A DNA stretch of 64,000 nucleotides from Balanoglossus misakiensis (taxonomy: Eukaryota > Animalia > Hemichordata): assembly GCA_040954595.2 (NCBI GenBank), contig CM082587.2:526617-590616 (forward strand), read 5' to 3'. Shown here in pieces: positions 51,601-64,000 of this stretch. Numbering within the stretch: the first letter of the stretch is position 1; each line of letters begins with the position of its first letter. The position numbers and the translations under genes were made by a program. The notes below the pieces were generated by a model. It did no database searches, was not told the DNA's origin, and saw nothing but the letters and a program-made list of their open reading frames with translations.

Positions 51601-54600
51601 GCGTGCAATTTCTATAAATTTTAAATATAGGTTTGGTGTTTGCAATTACTGTACACTGTATCGAACATTTTTGCTGTTTTAAGGCGAAACTTAAAAAGCC
51701 TGGTTTGAAGTAGGAAATAACAGTTATGTGCTCAAACTATAATTATACAGAACAGAGTCAAAGGAAATTAATTTGCAGTTATACTTTAAATATGACGCAT
51801 TGTGGAGTCGACGTACATTTATCAAGCCGTTAAGTTTGAAATTGCGGAAAATGACTTTGACACCCACCGTTGATATACACCCACCCACAACAAAAATCGA
51901 ACCAACGTCAAACACGGAATGAGTGAATTTGGCGTGTGGCTAGGCTCGTACAGAAATATGACTTCGTCGGAAAGACAAGTCAGAGCTTCAGACAATACGG
52001 ACGGGAACACTCGTCCAGAATGGCGAAACAGATTGTGAACAGATCTCGATAAGCAAAATTTGATTTGGTAAAATGTATGCTCAGTCACTGTAAAGAAAGT
52101 CGCTGAATTATTTCAACGCGGCTTGAAATTCAGCAAAACAGTCGCAGAAAGTGAAAGCGAAGTGTCGCGTTTAATTGAGAGAAAATCATCCCTTTGTTTC
52201 GACCGGTTGTCGGTGTCTTATTGTACTGGAAGCGACATTTAAACGTGAGAGGCGACGCGAAATTCATCGCGAAGAAAATAATAGGCGTAGGTATGAAAGA
52301 CAGAAGCAGCGCCGGGTATAGCTTGGGTGCAGGAACCGTGTCAATCGAGTTTGTCTGATAATACAATCGTGTCTCGGAATATCCATTCACTGCTTTCATG
52401 ACAAGCTACACATAATAACACAGAAGCGATAGAGATATATACGTGAATGGCAAATAGAAAGAAATTAGTCAAACTTAATCTAATAGAACGGGTTGAGATA
52501 TTTCCCCGATCGTATTGCATTGGCTGCGCGTATTGTTCTTTGTACCAGGATCCCATCTGTTGTTCAAAGCGAATTATTTCATTGCAAAAATACTATCGAG
52601 GTAGCGGGGCCAGTTTGACGAAATTGAAAAGCCAATCCCAACAGAAACCTGATCTGAGTTTTGTCAACTTGGACTGCATAATCGCGCGACTGACAAAAGC
52701 TTTAATCTCGGCCAGCAAATATTGATATTGGGCATGTAAACTACAAAATTATTTTCATATAAAACTATCATCAACAAAGTAGAAATATTTTGTTAGCGCC
52801 TTTATACGGAAACTGTCAAATGCGATCTCGTTTGAGAGACAAACAACTTTTCAAAATAGCGAAAAGCGGTCGTGTGTTGTACAGTTTTTTCTATTGATGT
52901 TTGCGACCAATGCACCATGAAAGTCATTTTCAGTTTGTTTCCGTTTCGGAAGTATTTCAGAGTACTAGTTTCCTGACGCGAGTGTTTCGCCATGGCAACA
53001 ATAACCCTGGATCAGTCTCAGGGTAACGATACGCATAGCCTGCAGCATTGCCCCAAAACATTAACAGCAATCTTCCAAATTACCTCGACTCCACGTGAGG
53101 AGTACCGAATACACACATAGTCAAGTTGGACCCATTGTTCAGCTCCTCAACGCACAAGACATAATCTCTATAATTGAAATATTTCTTTTATAAAAATACG
53201 TCTGCTGTATATCTCCCGTTAACCAATAAAATATGTGCCAGATATACTAGCTCAATGTAGTTACTTTATAGTAGCGGTGCTAGTCTTGTTACTGAAGGGA
53301 TGGGGATGGTGATGGTGGTGGTGATGATGGTGCTTATTTGCAATGACCTCTTATAAGTACAAAATAATGACTGCTCACGAGTCATAACAGTCTTTGTATC
53401 AGGACAAATGAGTACTGGACATGTGTAGTCTAAAATCAAACTTTCCAACATTTTAGCTTTTATAACAAATTCATTTTTACCATACAGCCAATCTGTGTCT
53501 GGTCAATTCTGAATACGTTCTTCAGGAAACTGCCATCCATCTTTTTTAGTCTAATGAAAGGAGTTAATCCAGAAAAATTTGAGAAAATCCTTCATAATCC
53601 TGTCTCCAGAGCGATTCACATTATACACACATATATCATTTGGCGGCTAAAGTCATAAATTTTTCTGCGTCGCATTTTATTTTTTAATGAAATTAAGGAA
53701 GCAAGCGACAAATTAGATCAGTAACGTTTATTCGAGATTTCGATTATTTTTGTTCAGTGACTCAGATGTCTGGTGTTTCCATGGTGATTGAATGCAAAGT
53801 GATTCCGATTTTAGATCAAATGTGCTCCACTGCTGCTAGAGAATTGTCTCGATTTAAGAACAATTCTCTAAAAAAATACCGTGGCTTTGGCAGTTCCTGT
53901 TTGAATCCCGTCAAATAAAAAAACTGGACACTTCAAAGCCCGGAAAACGAAGCTAATGACCGGTAAAGAACCACACAGGACCGGGAAACAAACTTGACTC
54001 CTGATAACACCGCGGACCAATTCCGAAATTTATGGCAGTGGCGCGAAATTGCCATCTTGCGCAGAAGCCTTGTTATTGGTAGCACAATTTCGAACAATTA
54101 GCGTTAATTCGGGGTATATTAAAGACATACGGTAGGCTGGCGACATTAATGAAAACGTCATAATTTCTGTCTAAATTTTATAGGCTTTGTTAAGTGGCTG
54201 AGCTATTCATTGAAGTTGCAGTATATTTGTTATGTACAAAGCACTCTCCCAATATCGCATGTATCTTCCCTCTCAGTATTGACGTGATTTCTGTGTTTTA
54301 GGAGTGCAAAGCAACAAAGCGCTCCTCGTTTCGTGCTTGCCAAATGTCCTCGGCCTCATTTAATGAACGGCAAGCCCTTGCGATCCGTCTTTCGTCTGTC
54401 GCAAGTCGTGTTTCACTCAGTCCACAAGCGGAGCATGGCGGCCGCACGATTTCTGTATTCAAACCCGGCTGCACGAAATGTTTGCATTGTTTTTAAACAA
54501 CGAATGCACCTCGGGCGAACCTCAAATTGTTGAACAAATTGGAAAAACTTATCGCGAGTGAGTCGGCTCAAATTTCTGCCCTCGGCTTGGACGCGTCCCT

Positions 54601-57600
54601 ATGAGTATAGCCCGAGATTGGTAATATTTCCTTCATTTTAAAATGCTCTATAGGTTTACATTTAATACTTCAACTTACAATATAGCTGTGTGAACTTATG
54701 TAGTTTTGCGACCAATTTTCTTTGCTGTTTTACTCCAACAAGTTCTATAGGTTGTCAAAATGCCACTATAAATTAACGTCTTTATTGTTTTCGTCCCACA
54801 CAACGATTGTGAGAGAAAGAGAGGGAGGCGTATTCATCAACTTCGAAAAAAGATTCAACGCATACTTGTCTGCTTCGAGCTGACGAGTCAATTGGCGTAG
54901 TTGAAAAATATGATCGGAAAAAAATACAATCTGAGGCAACCAACACGGCCATTTGCGTAGAGAAGGGAGAGCGCTCGGCAAATGAATGTTTGTACGGATT
55001 TGTCACAACAGTGGTTTGGCCACACAATAGAAGCCTTATATAATAACAGCCAACAGCGGCAGACGGTACGCGAACACTCTCTCATCCGACCAAGTTTTGG
55101 CGGGTTTTGCAGCATCCCATAGGCTTCTGCCTAGATTCCTGGCGCTTTGACAGCGCTGCAGAAAAATGAAATATTCTGCGAAACAGGAAAAACAAATCGA
55201 ATTGGTGGAAGACTTTTTATTTTTCCTGGAAATGTGACCATAGTCATAATTGACATTTTCCCGTTTGCTGCGTGTTTTCACAGGAAGCCGCAGTCAAACT
55301 TGTTATAATTTAAAATCAACCTTGACTGCATGACATAGGGCGGTGTTCTTCGTGCATTACAATAAAGTAGTGCAAGAAGGATATTAAATTTTGACGTTTT
55401 AAAAAAATGTGCCGAAACGTGCGGTGGATCTCGTTTCAGTTTGCGCTTTACTTCTCGTGGAGCTCAAAAAAACACCGCACTGCAAAAAGTACACCTTAAT
55501 ATCATAACTAAGTGTGGGGACATCTTTGATCTGATTTCCAATCGTCTGCAAGTAAATTCGTGGTTGTTTTGAAGGTATCGTTTTTGTCATGTGCTGCTCT
55601 CTGATTTGCAATCAATCAGACGGAGCGTTTGTCATGGTCGCGCCACTGACCGAATTGGCAGAACGTATTGGCGGAAATGACAAACTGACTCAAGAGTCTT
55701 CAAAATATATGATAGTGATTCCAAAGTGTTAAAAATCCCGTGCCCCGGAATAAGGCACGCGTAAAAAGTTACGAAGTCAGAGCAGGTGCTAGGCCTATGG
55801 GCCACGCTACAAAACAACAGACTAGGAGCGCGCGGACAGCGACGCACCGCGCCTCTCGCTTATTAGGAAGTCGGCCCTTTCTAAGTAAAGAAAAACATAT
55901 CTACATTAAAATAGTGAAAACGTACAAAGGCACTTATTGTTTTCGCAGAGAAACAACAAGAATCGCGAAAAGGTGAAAAGTCTTTGTTCGGAGGATATTA
56001 ACAATTTCATGGTAATTACAATGTATGCATTTCTATCTGTACCGGAGCGCCAGCAATGATCAGAGCCAGGACCTAACGAAATAATAAAACCATGTATCGC
56101 CTTTCGAAAATTATAGAAATTATAGAAAATTTTCATAACGTCGGTTAAACTTTAACCTTGTAACAGAGAAATGCTATACACGAGAATTTCGTATGAGGTT
56201 ATAAAGAGAATTTTTGTTAGATAGAAGTGGTTCATCTGCCTGCCATGTGGGGCACGGTATTTGTGGCTTGTCGTAGTTTAAAACGCATCCCGTTTCTAAA
56301 CTGCAAAATCTATAGTCATATTTTCTGCATAGAAAATCGGCACAAATTGTCAGTAGGATTATCAACAATGTGTTAAAGTAAAGCATGACGAGGAAATATG
56401 TCACAAACAGATTTTGAATATTCAGGTTCAAAACTGGAAATGACAATTTCATGACGACAGTTAGACGGGAGGACATGTCGGGGTGGGGATCCGGTGAGTG
56501 GTGTTTTCACAGGAATGCTAAGTAGTTAAAAAAATGAATCAACAGTCCTAAAGTGAAATCTACAATCCACAGACACCCCAATGAATTTTCCTGGTCCACT
56601 TTAGGACCATGACGCAAAACCAACGTGGTATGAATTGCAGTATGTTGGAGATGAAAAATACACAAAGATGATAATAACTGCGTTTAAGGCAAGACGTGAT
56701 CGCTGTATTGCACGGGTGGCTATATAAATATTTATAACGCCAAAGTTCTGAAATCGCAATGAAAATGGCCGGTGTCACGTTACCCACCAAGGTGGTGATT
56801 CGGGAACGAATCGCTGGCGGGGGGACGGAAACTGGGAATAGAGCTATGGGAGAGACGAGCGCGCGTTATGTTCAGGTGGCCGCATGTGGCCATAGTGGGT
56901 TTCTCAAGAAGTCGTTGAAGAAATCCTTGTAGTTCTGAGTTCTGTAGAGAAAAATGTAGCTTACCGTGTGACCCTGTATTCCGAGAAGTGACTGCTCACC
57001 TAAACAAATAGATGGGCTGACCGGTACGCAGTTGACAATTCAATAAAATCCATGGTGCGGTTTGTTGCAGAAGGCAAAATATCACGTACACACATAAAAA
57101 GTGAAATTCACCGCAGTTACCGCATAAACAAATGCGCACGGTTGCATAAGGACGTCCAAGAAAATGTCAACTCACATCCTGCCATGAGCGTAGTCAAGTG
57201 ATCATCCCGGCTTGGAACCGAAGGTAAAAAAAACGCACAACTCCGAAATCTGTGCCAGGAATTGGTGAAATTCCTCCTTGGCGTATTATAGAGATTGGAG
57301 CAGGCAATAGCTTGGAAGCCGAGTAATAAAGTGGGGACTACGACTATGTGAGTGAGTAATTGGCATCCAATCAGCACCATAAGAAATGATAATTTCCCGC
57401 CAGGTGAAAAAATACCGAAGATAGATTAATCAGATTTGCGCTATCATAACGACGTGTGACTTATACTCGAGTAATTTCCACGAATTTAATCTGCGTCTCG
57501 AAATACTGAATTGGCGCGCAGTATACAAGGAAACGCAACAAGACCAAAAGAATATTAAATATATAGGGTGTATACACACTCTAGCATATTACTCGGGCTT

Positions 57601-57852
57601 CCATAACTATAATTGATAAGGAAATCAATCAGTTAATGTGGGCTTAGAATCCAATATCGTATAAACAGACCAGCAAAAACTAATTTGGCTCAAACAAATA
57701 GGTAATATATAAATGATGAAAATACCTAGAAATTAAAAAACATTATTATAAGCGAATTGAGGTCTACCTTCGAGAGCTTTGTTTTGGGCCAGGAGGGTAT
57801 ACAGCATCTCTGGGGTTGGCGAGCCTAGCTGGTTTCTTGACGGTGCAGACAT
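30235..57852 (-). CDS. LHX3: LIM-homeodomain transcription factor Lhx3/4 (Lim3), distal-first-exon isoform, 383 aa
   Basis: Exons 57768-57852, 37912-38086 (LIM1), 33373-33575 (LIM2), 32897-33054 and 32347-32509 (homeodomain [16 protein letters not shown]...[17 protein letters not shown]), 30235-30602 (ends [10 protein letters not shown]). GT-AG introns with consistent phases; 1152 nt. Confidence 0.93.
32347..32509 (-). CDS. LHX3: Lhx3/4 exon (homeodomain helix 3 and downstream)
   Basis: [33 protein letters not shown]...DKDGYE; donor g|gtgtgt; not in the ORF track. Confidence 0.92.
32897..33054 (-). CDS. LHX3: Lhx3/4 exon (homeodomain helices 1-2)
   Basis: tttcag / gttagt; [46 protein letters not shown]. 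Confidence 0.96.
33373..33575 (-). CDS. LHX3: Lhx3/4 exon (LIM2)
   Basis: [50 protein letters not shown]...; tacag / gtaagt. Confidence 0.96.
37912..38086 (-). CDS. LHX3: Lhx3/4 exon (LIM1)
   Basis: [32 protein letters not shown]...YCKDDFFK; tttctag / gtaagt; needs a phase-1 upstream exon. Confidence 0.96.
41939..41972 (-). CDS. LHX3: Candidate proximal alternative first coding exon of Lhx3/4 ([11 protein letters not shown])
   Basis: ATG, 34 nt, perfect donor g|gtaagt in phase 1, TATAAA about 100 nt upstream. Confidence 0.6.
42074..42079 (-). promoter_or_regulatory. TATA box of the proximal Lhx3/4 promoter
   Basis: TATAAA on - followed by GC-rich sequence and an Inr-like CCAGT near 42043, upstream of the candidate exon. 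Confidence 0.5.
49844..49925 (-). CDS. LHX3: Candidate middle alternative first coding exon of Lhx3/4 ([27 protein letters not shown])
   Basis: ATG preceded by an in-frame TGA, 82 nt open, donor acg|gtaagt in phase 1; TATAAA on - at 50046-50051. Confidence 0.6.
57768..57852 (-). CDS. LHX3: Distal first coding exon of Lhx3/4 ([28 protein letters not shown])
   Basis: Phase-1 donor aag|gtagac; [15 protein letters not shown] resembles the N-termini of vertebrate LHX3b and insect Lim3 as recalled. Confidence 0.8.
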
Positions 57853-60800
57853 CTTCCCGAATTTTTGGCGTTTTAAGCGGATCAAAAATCGGATTTGTCT
57901 GTCGATGTGGCGATTAATTTGAGGCTGCCTTTTAGAACAGTTAGTGAAGTAGTTCGGGGTAAGGTTTCTCGTCAACTGTATCGGACTTGTGTATTGGCCG
58001 ATAGCTTTTGCTACGTCACGACCTGTCTCATTGTAATGCATGTTAAAGAAAGAGAACCACCCAGGATTCAGTGAATGAACTGGTGAAAAGCTTTAACAAC
58101 CAAACAGACATTTAGTCCATTGCTTCCGTGTTTTAATTTTCTCCCTCTAACGATCCAACAAAATGGTTTCTGAAATTATATGTTTCGACCCCTTCCTCGG
58201 TGAGCGCGCGCGCACACCGCCGATCACTTGCTTATCGTTCATCTGAAGCCAGAATTCAATACCTGGAAATTTTTGTACCGCTCGATTAGACTGCCGCCAA
58301 TTTCAGAAGATGTTCCTTCAAATAAATCAACTATGTTCAATGCAGAAAACTTGGTTACTCATGCATGCTGTCTACAGTTTTATTCAACATTTAAGACAAA
58401 AAAAGTTTGGCGAAAGGAACCCAATAGAAAATCTTGTAGAAACGCAAAATGACCATATATATATTGAAAATAAGTCAACACAAAACTGCAGTACTTTTTT
58501 AAAGTCACATCGTATTCAGTTATCTTTATTAATTGTTATCTTAAGGTTTATAAATATTTAATTTATAGATTGTGATGCGTTTGCTTTTGTTCTGAAAACA
58601 TAATTTGGATAATGTAGGAACACTTTTCAGTTGGGTGACTCTTTGTCAGTTGTTGGCCTCCCCTTCTTCGTCCCAATTCAGTTGAATGGTGTCATAAACA
58701 GAGAGAGGCTTCTACCCAGGGAAATTAGTGGAAGTACCTAAGCTCGCTCCGTACAGTAAATCTTGATCCAACATAAGCAGCTTATAGTCGTCTGCTCACT
58801 ACACATTGTTTCAAGCGCGGTTATTTGCCGCCCAGAGCAACCGGGCGACAGTTGCCGACCGAAAGCCTTTTTACCAAATTGGTTTCAGTATTTTCTAAAT
58901 TAAATATCGCCATTTAGCACAGAGGGTAGGGCTGTTTTATGTTCCTCGTTCAGTGTCTGAGATGAAATGACAGTATCGGTCAACCAAGCGAAAAACTACG
59001 TGTATATTTTTTTTCGACGGAAATTTTGGGAGGAAATATTTGGACTTACTCTCCGTCATATAGTTTGCGTCGTATTTTTAAAACCGACGGCAGGTGGTAT
59101 TATTCATTCTAACTCTACCGCCGCATTTGTGGTTTTGCTGACTGTGTCTGTGTAATAACTGGATTTTTTTTTAAAAATGTACTCCTATTTCTGTGTCCAG
59201 GTTAGGTGATCATGCAGCGTCCAAATTGAAGATAAATGCATTATTTACAATGTATTCTATCTAATTTGTAATCTACAGAAAATGAACCAAGGTATAATGT
59301 TCCCGCAACTGTGTTAAAATTTTTATATGTGGGTGTTTTGATAAGTTTCACGGAGAAGAACAATGTTTAGTTTTTTTGTTTATCGACGGAAAATGTAACT
59401 TAAGAGCAACTGACCCATTTAATTTTGTTGGAAACGGTCATTATTGAAGCAGACCCAGAAAATGAAAGATGCTCCAAAAAGTAAAGAAAACTTTACCAGG
59501 GCCAAAAAAGTTCAACTTTTTTTATTTTAAGAAGAAATTTGATTCAGTGTGCAAATAATGGAATATAAAACCAGTTTTATCTCAAAGCTTCTAGTTATCG
59601 CTCCACCGGTGTCTCTGCGTGACCGGAGGGATTATGGGAAATAGTGAATTGATAATGTTCTCAAAGAACAGGGTCAACGGCGAATTTCCTGCTTCTATCG
59701 TTGTCCTCGTTTCATTCAGAGAGATATCTTCGTTGTTCAATGCAAGTTGCCCCAGTGTGTGCAATATTTATGTCATCGAGTCGACAACGTATCCAAGTGT
59801 GTTTCCTCGCTCACCTGAATGATGCCATTCAAAATTTAGAAACAAACTCGTTTTCGAGATGGAACCCAACTTTTTTTTAAACACACAGTCGATGAAGACT
59901 TTCAAACATGATCGACAAAACTGCTTTTAAATTTGATTTTCTTGGTTATTGCGTGTAGAATTTAACCATTGTCAACATCATTTTCCTTTGAAATTGCTGG
60001 TTTTCGTTGTTTTTGCGTGGTCCATGGTGTTGTGTGTCGCTCGACTGAGCGCGGGAACGCAATTTGAAAATGATCGATTCTCTGGCAACCAAACGAACTA
60101 CAGCGTCACAGTGCAGTGACTCGCCCCGGGGTTTAGCCACCGAAAAAAACGTTATCACTTATTAGCCAACAAAGCGCTCTGAAGACACGAGCAATGGGGG
60201 GAATTCCCAGATGACGAGAATTTGAAACGATGCCCCTCTTTTCTAAAGATATCCCTGTTGCAGGGTATCAGATATGCTAAATGGTTTTACAGTTCCCGGC
60301 AGTCCACTTGCAGTGTTGGACACTGGGCAGCTTGATTTCCCAAAGGTGGTATAACACGCACTGTGAGAACATCCCAAAGAGAAATTAACTACAGTTTGAC
60401 AGCTTTCTGTTGTGTTCTCTTACAAAAGCATCATCGACTGTGTGTTCAACAAATAAACCATGCTAACCACCTGAATAACACGGACATAATGATGAATTGG
60501 TTCATGGTAGTATTTTGGATGAAACATTCACAATAATTAAGCGGCTCTTTTGACGAGAAGACACGGAACAATTACCCCACTTGTTCAGTGACTACAATTT
60601 TGACAATGAAAATGATATTAGTGTAAACAGTCATCTAGAGTTTCATTGCAATCAGGAAAATATTATCACAAAAATGTATTATTACTGAAACGTCATCGAA
60701 GAAAGGGTGAAAAGAATATTAAACTGTTCGATAGTTCGCGACTAGAAGTTCAATCAAAGGTACATAACAAAGTGTGCTAAGTCTGCCGCACACGAGAGAA

Positions 60801-63800
60801 ATTAGCTTTGTAAAAAGTTGACTCAGTAAAAGATCTTTGCACAGCTAATTTCGCTCGTGTTGACATAAACTTCACTTTACCCGCTCATCGAACTTCACTC
60901 ATGTTTGGCGAAACGATTACTACTCCCTGCAATGATTCGCATTGACAATTTCTAATTTCTAATTTAATCTATAATGATCGACAAAATCGATACAGAGAAA
61001 TACACACTTTCATTTAAATGAACGCAAGATGATGTTATTAATTACTTGGAATTGAATTATATAAATAGGATAAATAATTCATAAATCATTTTTTTATTAG
61101 TCGATTGTTTCGACATATAAAACGGGCCATTGAAGATCCCCTATAATTAATAGTACTGTATTACTACACGTATGACGTTGTATTTAGATGCTGAAACAAT
61201 ATTAATACATTTGTCAAAAATATTAATCTTTGTTTCGTGTCGTGAAATACATACATCTGTATCGAACTGAAAAGTACATGAAGGCCCTCAATAAGTAATG
61301 TCCGGTGTTTAGAATGACTGACTAAACACTTCTTGTAGTGCCAACGTGTTGAATAGTTTGCTGTTACAGGAACCCTCATCACTTGAATTGCTATGGTAAC
61401 CGTCTTCTACATTCATACTTACAGACATACATTTATTGAAAAAAGTTACTTCTATTCGCCTACTCTTATTACGGAATCTCAATCCTCTACTAACTAATGA
61501 AACAGTTCGGCAATAGTCGGGTAATTTCGTAGAACCAGCCGCCATGTTTATCAATATCAATGGAAAACTGTTAAAGTTACTGAAAGTAGATCAATATCTT
61601 TGGGAATATTTAATACATGTAAATTCGGCTCTAAAAAGAAAATTGGCAAGTGTTGACTTTCTTATAGTTTATTTCCTCGCCTTTCCTCCGGTTCAAACTA
61701 TCACTGAGGTTAAAATACTATACTCTACATTCTGAAGTTTTGTTGCGCGAAGCAACATCTAATCCTATCTATTTTATTTTGGGCTTATGTGCAGTTTCTG
61801 ATGCGGTGGGGATATGAATATATCCTGAGTAGCGCCGATGCACAATCTCTCCTGGTCCAAATATGACCCCATTTTCTCGTTTCCCACTTATTCTCCTTTC
61901 ATTAGAACCAGACTCTCTTGTTCCGTGTTGCCCCACTGCCTCTTAAAGTATTCCGTCTTCCTTTCTCCCCGAGTCTTAAAGATGTGCTGCGGCAAAGAAG
62001 CCGCCTGCCAACCGAGGCAGGATCGCAAAAAGACTCTTTTATTTGCTTCTGAATGGCAAACAGGTCTTTCTGTAAAAATGAACACAAACTAAGTCCCACT
62101 TACGGGCAAGGTCTTGAAATTCTGCTAATGGAAGCTTCACAGGTCACGTTTGATGGGAAGCGTCCGTCGATTGGAAACGGAGAAAGTGTATTATTTTCTG
62201 TAGATATCAGTCTGTCGGGGTCGTGCAAATGTAAAATCGAGATTGTGAGTGAGTGACTCGTAGTGAGTCAGTGAGTGAGTAAGGGAGCGTTTGTGCGTTC
62301 GTATGTAAGTATGCGTTAGAAGCCAAGAGACACGCTCGAACACAGATCCGACATAAAGAGGACAGAGACTTGTGTTGGGGACAAAGCCCACGATCATCCC
62401 AACACGTGTTTCTTCTAAAACCGACAAGAACTAGAATGAACTACGTTGCCATGGTGCCTATAGGACTCAGGAGTTGAACAATTAAAAATAAGGATCTGTG
62501 CCAATGGGGCGACCCATGCAGGCTTAAATGTGGACAGAACGTGTGAGGGACTCCGGTCGATTGAGGACCCATTAAACTGATTAGCTTTGAAGCGAAATAA
62601 CAAAAAAGCCAAATATTGCTTCTCGTGAAGAACCCACGTCTGAAGACTTTCATTAGCATGTGAGAAATTAGAATGTCATCAAAATGAAATACTAATGATG
62701 AGTACAAACCCGAGCTCAGGTGTAGCGAGGCAAAGTTTAATTTTTTAGCAGTGCTGGTTATCGGATATGCATGGTTTAATTTCTATGCGCCTGGCTTTTG
62801 TGATGCTTGGCTGTCGTGGTGTACTCATCATTGACGGCGTGTTTTATCGAGGCTGTGTGCAGCGTTTCCAATCAGCTAAATTGCTGACTCGAACCCAAGC
62901 AAACCTCCTTTTAATTAGTTAAAAAGCCACGACGACATTTTGTAACGCATCGGTGTGAGAGAGCAATATAACACTCGGGTTATAGGGGTGACAGCATTTC
63001 TCGTTTTTTTCCCTTGAGTGACCTGTAACCTTTATTCATCTTCGGGAATTGCCTTAATGAGGCTGAAGGTGAACACGCATCTTTCATTTTAATCTTTAGT
63101 ATGTGGCTTTTCTTGGCTTGTCACTTTTTCTATTAAAAAGCAAGACACGAAGAATTCGCCAACAATTTTTTTAAATGCCCGAGTCATGTGTGTCCCATTT
63201 ATAAAATGATCTGTCTTGGAGTGAGCACGGGTCTACGGACATTCAGCGCAGCGGAGCATAGATGTTTGTCTCATCGGTGACGAGACCATCTGTAACGGTG
63301 GATGGCGGCCACGATGACGGAACCATCTGTGGTCGTGGATGAAATCACTTTATCTTCACTGTTTTATGGCACCCAGCTACACCTGGAAAAGAGCGGATTG
63401 GTTTTAACGACGGCGATCCAGTCGCATTTTACGACATCGATCTTAGCAATTTGCGGCAATCCACGGCGAGGTAATCCCGCCGTTAGAGAGTAGTTCCTTC
63501 AATTTGTTGAAGGTAAATGATCGATACGGAAATCCTCCCAGTAATCAGCAAAATTGGTGCTTTCCTGCCGCAGAAAAGACTTTACCCGAAAGCTTGGGTA
63601 GCAGTATGCTGATTACGAAACGGAGAATGGGGTGTATTGAACCTGTTTCCTGCACCACCGGGCGGTTTTTGTTAAACATTTGAAGTAGTTATTGTATGAG
63701 TTCCTGTTATGGTCCCGATTTCTTGTCATTTTAGTCACCATGGGAACGGGTTTGTAAACCCTGGAAGCATGTAAGAGTGTTGGCATACATGGCATGTTGT

Positions 63801-64000
63801 GAATGGAATGTCGGGCACGCATGTACAACAGTAATATCGGCAAAGCGTGTGTTAATTCGAAAGATAGGTATTTCATATCGAAAATTCTAGTGTGCATCCC
63901 GTAAAATGGTACTAAATATCATCATTCCTGGTTGGAATAAACGCTTTTCTTGTCCATACCGATCATTTCTCTATTCTTTATGTTCTTGCAGAATCTCCCC

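Noticed and set aside
58100-64000. Short ORFs upstream of Lhx3/4
   Set aside because: None resembles a known protein or forms a consistent exon chain; treated as regulatory intergenic DNA

Overview
Eukaryotic, AT-rich, intron-rich genomic DNA; inferred to be an invertebrate, probably a non-vertebrate deuterostome. It holds two convergent genes. (1) GABA-B receptor subunit 1 (GABBR1) on +: 16 coding exons from 3290 to 19805 splice in frame to 782 aa; the N-terminal exon(s) lie upstream of the window, and a ~4 kb 3'UTR follows. (2) LIM-homeobox Lhx3/4 on -: five shared exons at 30235-38086 and three candidate alternative ATG-bearing phase-1 first exons at about 41.9, 49.9 and 57.8 kb. Between their 3' ends is a ~4.55 kb non-autonomous Helentron/HINE-like element carrying a 117-bp satellite with higher-order structure and a nested 86-bp hairpin MITE with a 9-bp target-site duplication. 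Other points of interest: a candidate alternative GABBR1 last exon that continues the coiled coil but lacks the RxR retention motif, an RFX X-box cluster in a GABBR1 intron, a sharp CpG boundary near 24 kb, and GABBR1-Lhx3/4 adjacency consistent with a proto-MHC linkage group. All calls come from manual reading; homology statements are from recall, not searches.
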